Shown: in pieces, positions 61,993 through 64,000 of the stretch
Numbering within the stretch: the first letter of the stretch is position 1
Layout of the letters: every line of letters starts with the position of its first letter
NCBI GenBank assembly: GCA_027604505.1
Contig: JADIIX010000013.1
Location: 1-64,000 of the forward strand
Length of the DNA stretch: 64,000 bases
Direction: 5' to 3'
Source: Gonapodya sp. JEL0774
Lineage: Eukaryota
The notes under the pieces: generated by a model
The model's database searches: none
What the model was told of the DNA's origin: nothing
Seen by the model: only the letters and a program-made list of their open reading frames with translations
Translations under genes and position numbers: made by a program

Positions 61993-64000
61993 ATGCCAGG
62001 GATCAACAGGAGTGAAACTGGGTGCAGCTCTTCGGATACACCGACATGTCTCTATCACCCAAACCGTCGTAATCGGCAGTATTTGACATGCGAACAAACC
62101 CGCGCTTGCGCTGTTGTTGAAGCAGGGAAAATCAAAGTCCGGTACTGGAAAGGAGGGGAATGGGACAACCTCCAGAATCAGCAATTGCCGTGCAAAGCCA
62201 GAGACCACGTGGACAATTGTCCGGAATGCAAAGAATACTGCAAAGCTAGTACGTGTCTAGCGACTCTGTTGTGTGATTGTCACACACAACTAACATCATT
62301 CCTTTCGGTGAACTCAGAGCATCCAGACCACCCTAATCACTTTTACGGGTACAAGCATGAGCATCATCCCGAAAATTCACGCCACGGTTATTGCACACAT
62401 TGCAAAGTGAGTGCCATAGTGAATGTTTCACACCTTCTGGCAGCTCACTTCCGCCCAGAAAAGTATAGGGAACTTGAAAGAAGGACTCGAAAGGCATGTT
62501 AAGAAATGTAAGCCCCAACCTCACTCACCGTGATGGCATCATCAAGCATCTCTTGTGTATCTTCTTGCTTGCATGTTTCCTCAGGTAAAGACCTTGAATC
62601 ACGTCTTAAGCAAGTCGCTGCCATACCGTCAGGTGAGTTCTTTGTGGACACGACAAAACTCGGGACGGGGTTGCAGCCGAAGAAGGTCCATATTCCCATA
62701 GGTGAGATAGAAAATCTGATACCTCCAGCTTTTGAGGCTCCTCCCTTTATATCACCATCACTCGGAAATCATCAACAAAACTTTGGAGACGTGTCCGGTG
62801 TGGAGCCAATGCAAGGTAAAATTACCATATTCAATATCAACAATTGCACCGAACAAGGTCTTGATAGAATGTCTTTTCCCACAGGCATTGAACGCGAGAG
62901 CCTGTCTAACGTGACGCAATCACAAGGTGTAACTGATGCAGTGAATTCTTCCGGATCAACGAATCCAATGTTGCTCGTGTCAAATGGTGACTTATTTTAT
63001 GACAAGTTTTTAATTCTCGCCAATTGACCTTCGGCATTCCTGATTAGAGCCGCTGCAACAACCTGAAGAACTTATTTCGGCACCGAGTTTTGATCAGAGT
63101 AATATCAATGGTCAGTTGTTATCAGCTTTCATCGGACACATCATTGAATGCGTGCACTGAACTTCTGCCGTTCATGTTAGCAACACGTCAAATTCAATCC
63201 ATATGCCCGCCAGCAGCTCGCATCAACAGCTATCCTCAAGTGAAACTGACAATTCAATCGAACACTGGTAGGCAGAAACTCACAATGTTGAAATCATGGT
63301 TAGCTAAAGTGCCCTGCTAAAGCATTAAGTTATAACTGGAGCACCGACTACGTGTTATTCGATGATAAATTCGCGGGGGTTCAAGCGTTTCAGTCATCCG
63401 GAAAAACTCTTGAAGTTCTTGTAATTCCAATGACTTCACCAATCTCGAATACAGAGCCTGTTCGTGTCATATTGGAAGAACATGGTACTTTTGAGGGCAC
63501 ATTCTCCTGGTACGATGGTGAGTCTCAGGTTAGAAGCAAGCCTGATGTTTGCCAAGCAGTTTCCTCATTACATTATCAGATAATGTACACAAATTGTTTG
63601 AAACCTTGGTCAATTCGCATGCTGTTGAGAAGGATCACCTTCGACTTGAGAATAATTATCTGCGGACTCGAGTTTCGGAACTTGAGATGATCAATCGACG
63701 GAAGACGAATATCATCATTCGACGTGAGAATGTCATTAGCTCTATGGTCACATGAATGTTCCCCATATTTCTCCAACTCAGCCACAATGAGCCCCATGGA
63801 CTTCTCAAGACTGACATATTTATCGATGCCATCATCTGCCCTTTATAGCTTGAAGCTTGAGCACGTGCGCTCTCTGGCTCACGGTATTCGGATATTAGTA
63901 AACTTGCGGCGCTTTGTGATCCTGCCTACTAACAACCTGAGGTGAGCTACCAGTCCAATGACTAATATGCGGGGATTTATGGCACAGATGCTTGCAGGCC
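61993..64000 (+). other. Fragmented or spliced gene of unknown product with a Cys/His-rich N-terminus and coiled-coil segment; may run off the right edge
   Basis: CLYH...C...CPECKEYC...HPDHPNH...YCTHC; LRLENNYLRTRVSELE. Confidence 0.35.

Noticed and set aside
1..64000. rRNA, tRNA or CRISPR arrays
   Set aside because: None recognised by eye; tRNAscan-SE or Infernal would be needed to exclude them

Overview
Eukaryotic, intron-containing DNA; gene content and intron style suggest an early-diverging fungus (inference). 1-12.8 kb holds two decayed copies of one chromodomain-bearing Ty3/gypsy family: a minus-strand copy inserted in opposite orientation into the gag of a plus-strand copy, both lacking the same RT/RNase H segment. 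13-25.6 kb holds a Crypton-like (GCR1_C) remnant, a two-TM sensor-HAMP gene with no output domain, a HEAT-repeat fragment and an F-box gene. The main feature is 25.7-51.9 kb: eleven membrane-anchored glycan-modifying genes in a row with no other recognisable gene between them (2 SAM methyltransferases, GT8, 2 GT71, GT77, 2 GT37-like fucosyltransferases, GT90, EXT1-like GT47, GT32) plus an unclassified GT-B enzyme, twelve in total, and a STELLO-like gene at 55.5-58.3 kb. Several spacers are only 23-130 bp. This looks like a eukaryotic gene cluster for a complex fucosylated, methylated glycan. Family calls come from recognising motifs by eye and exon boundaries are manual and approximate.
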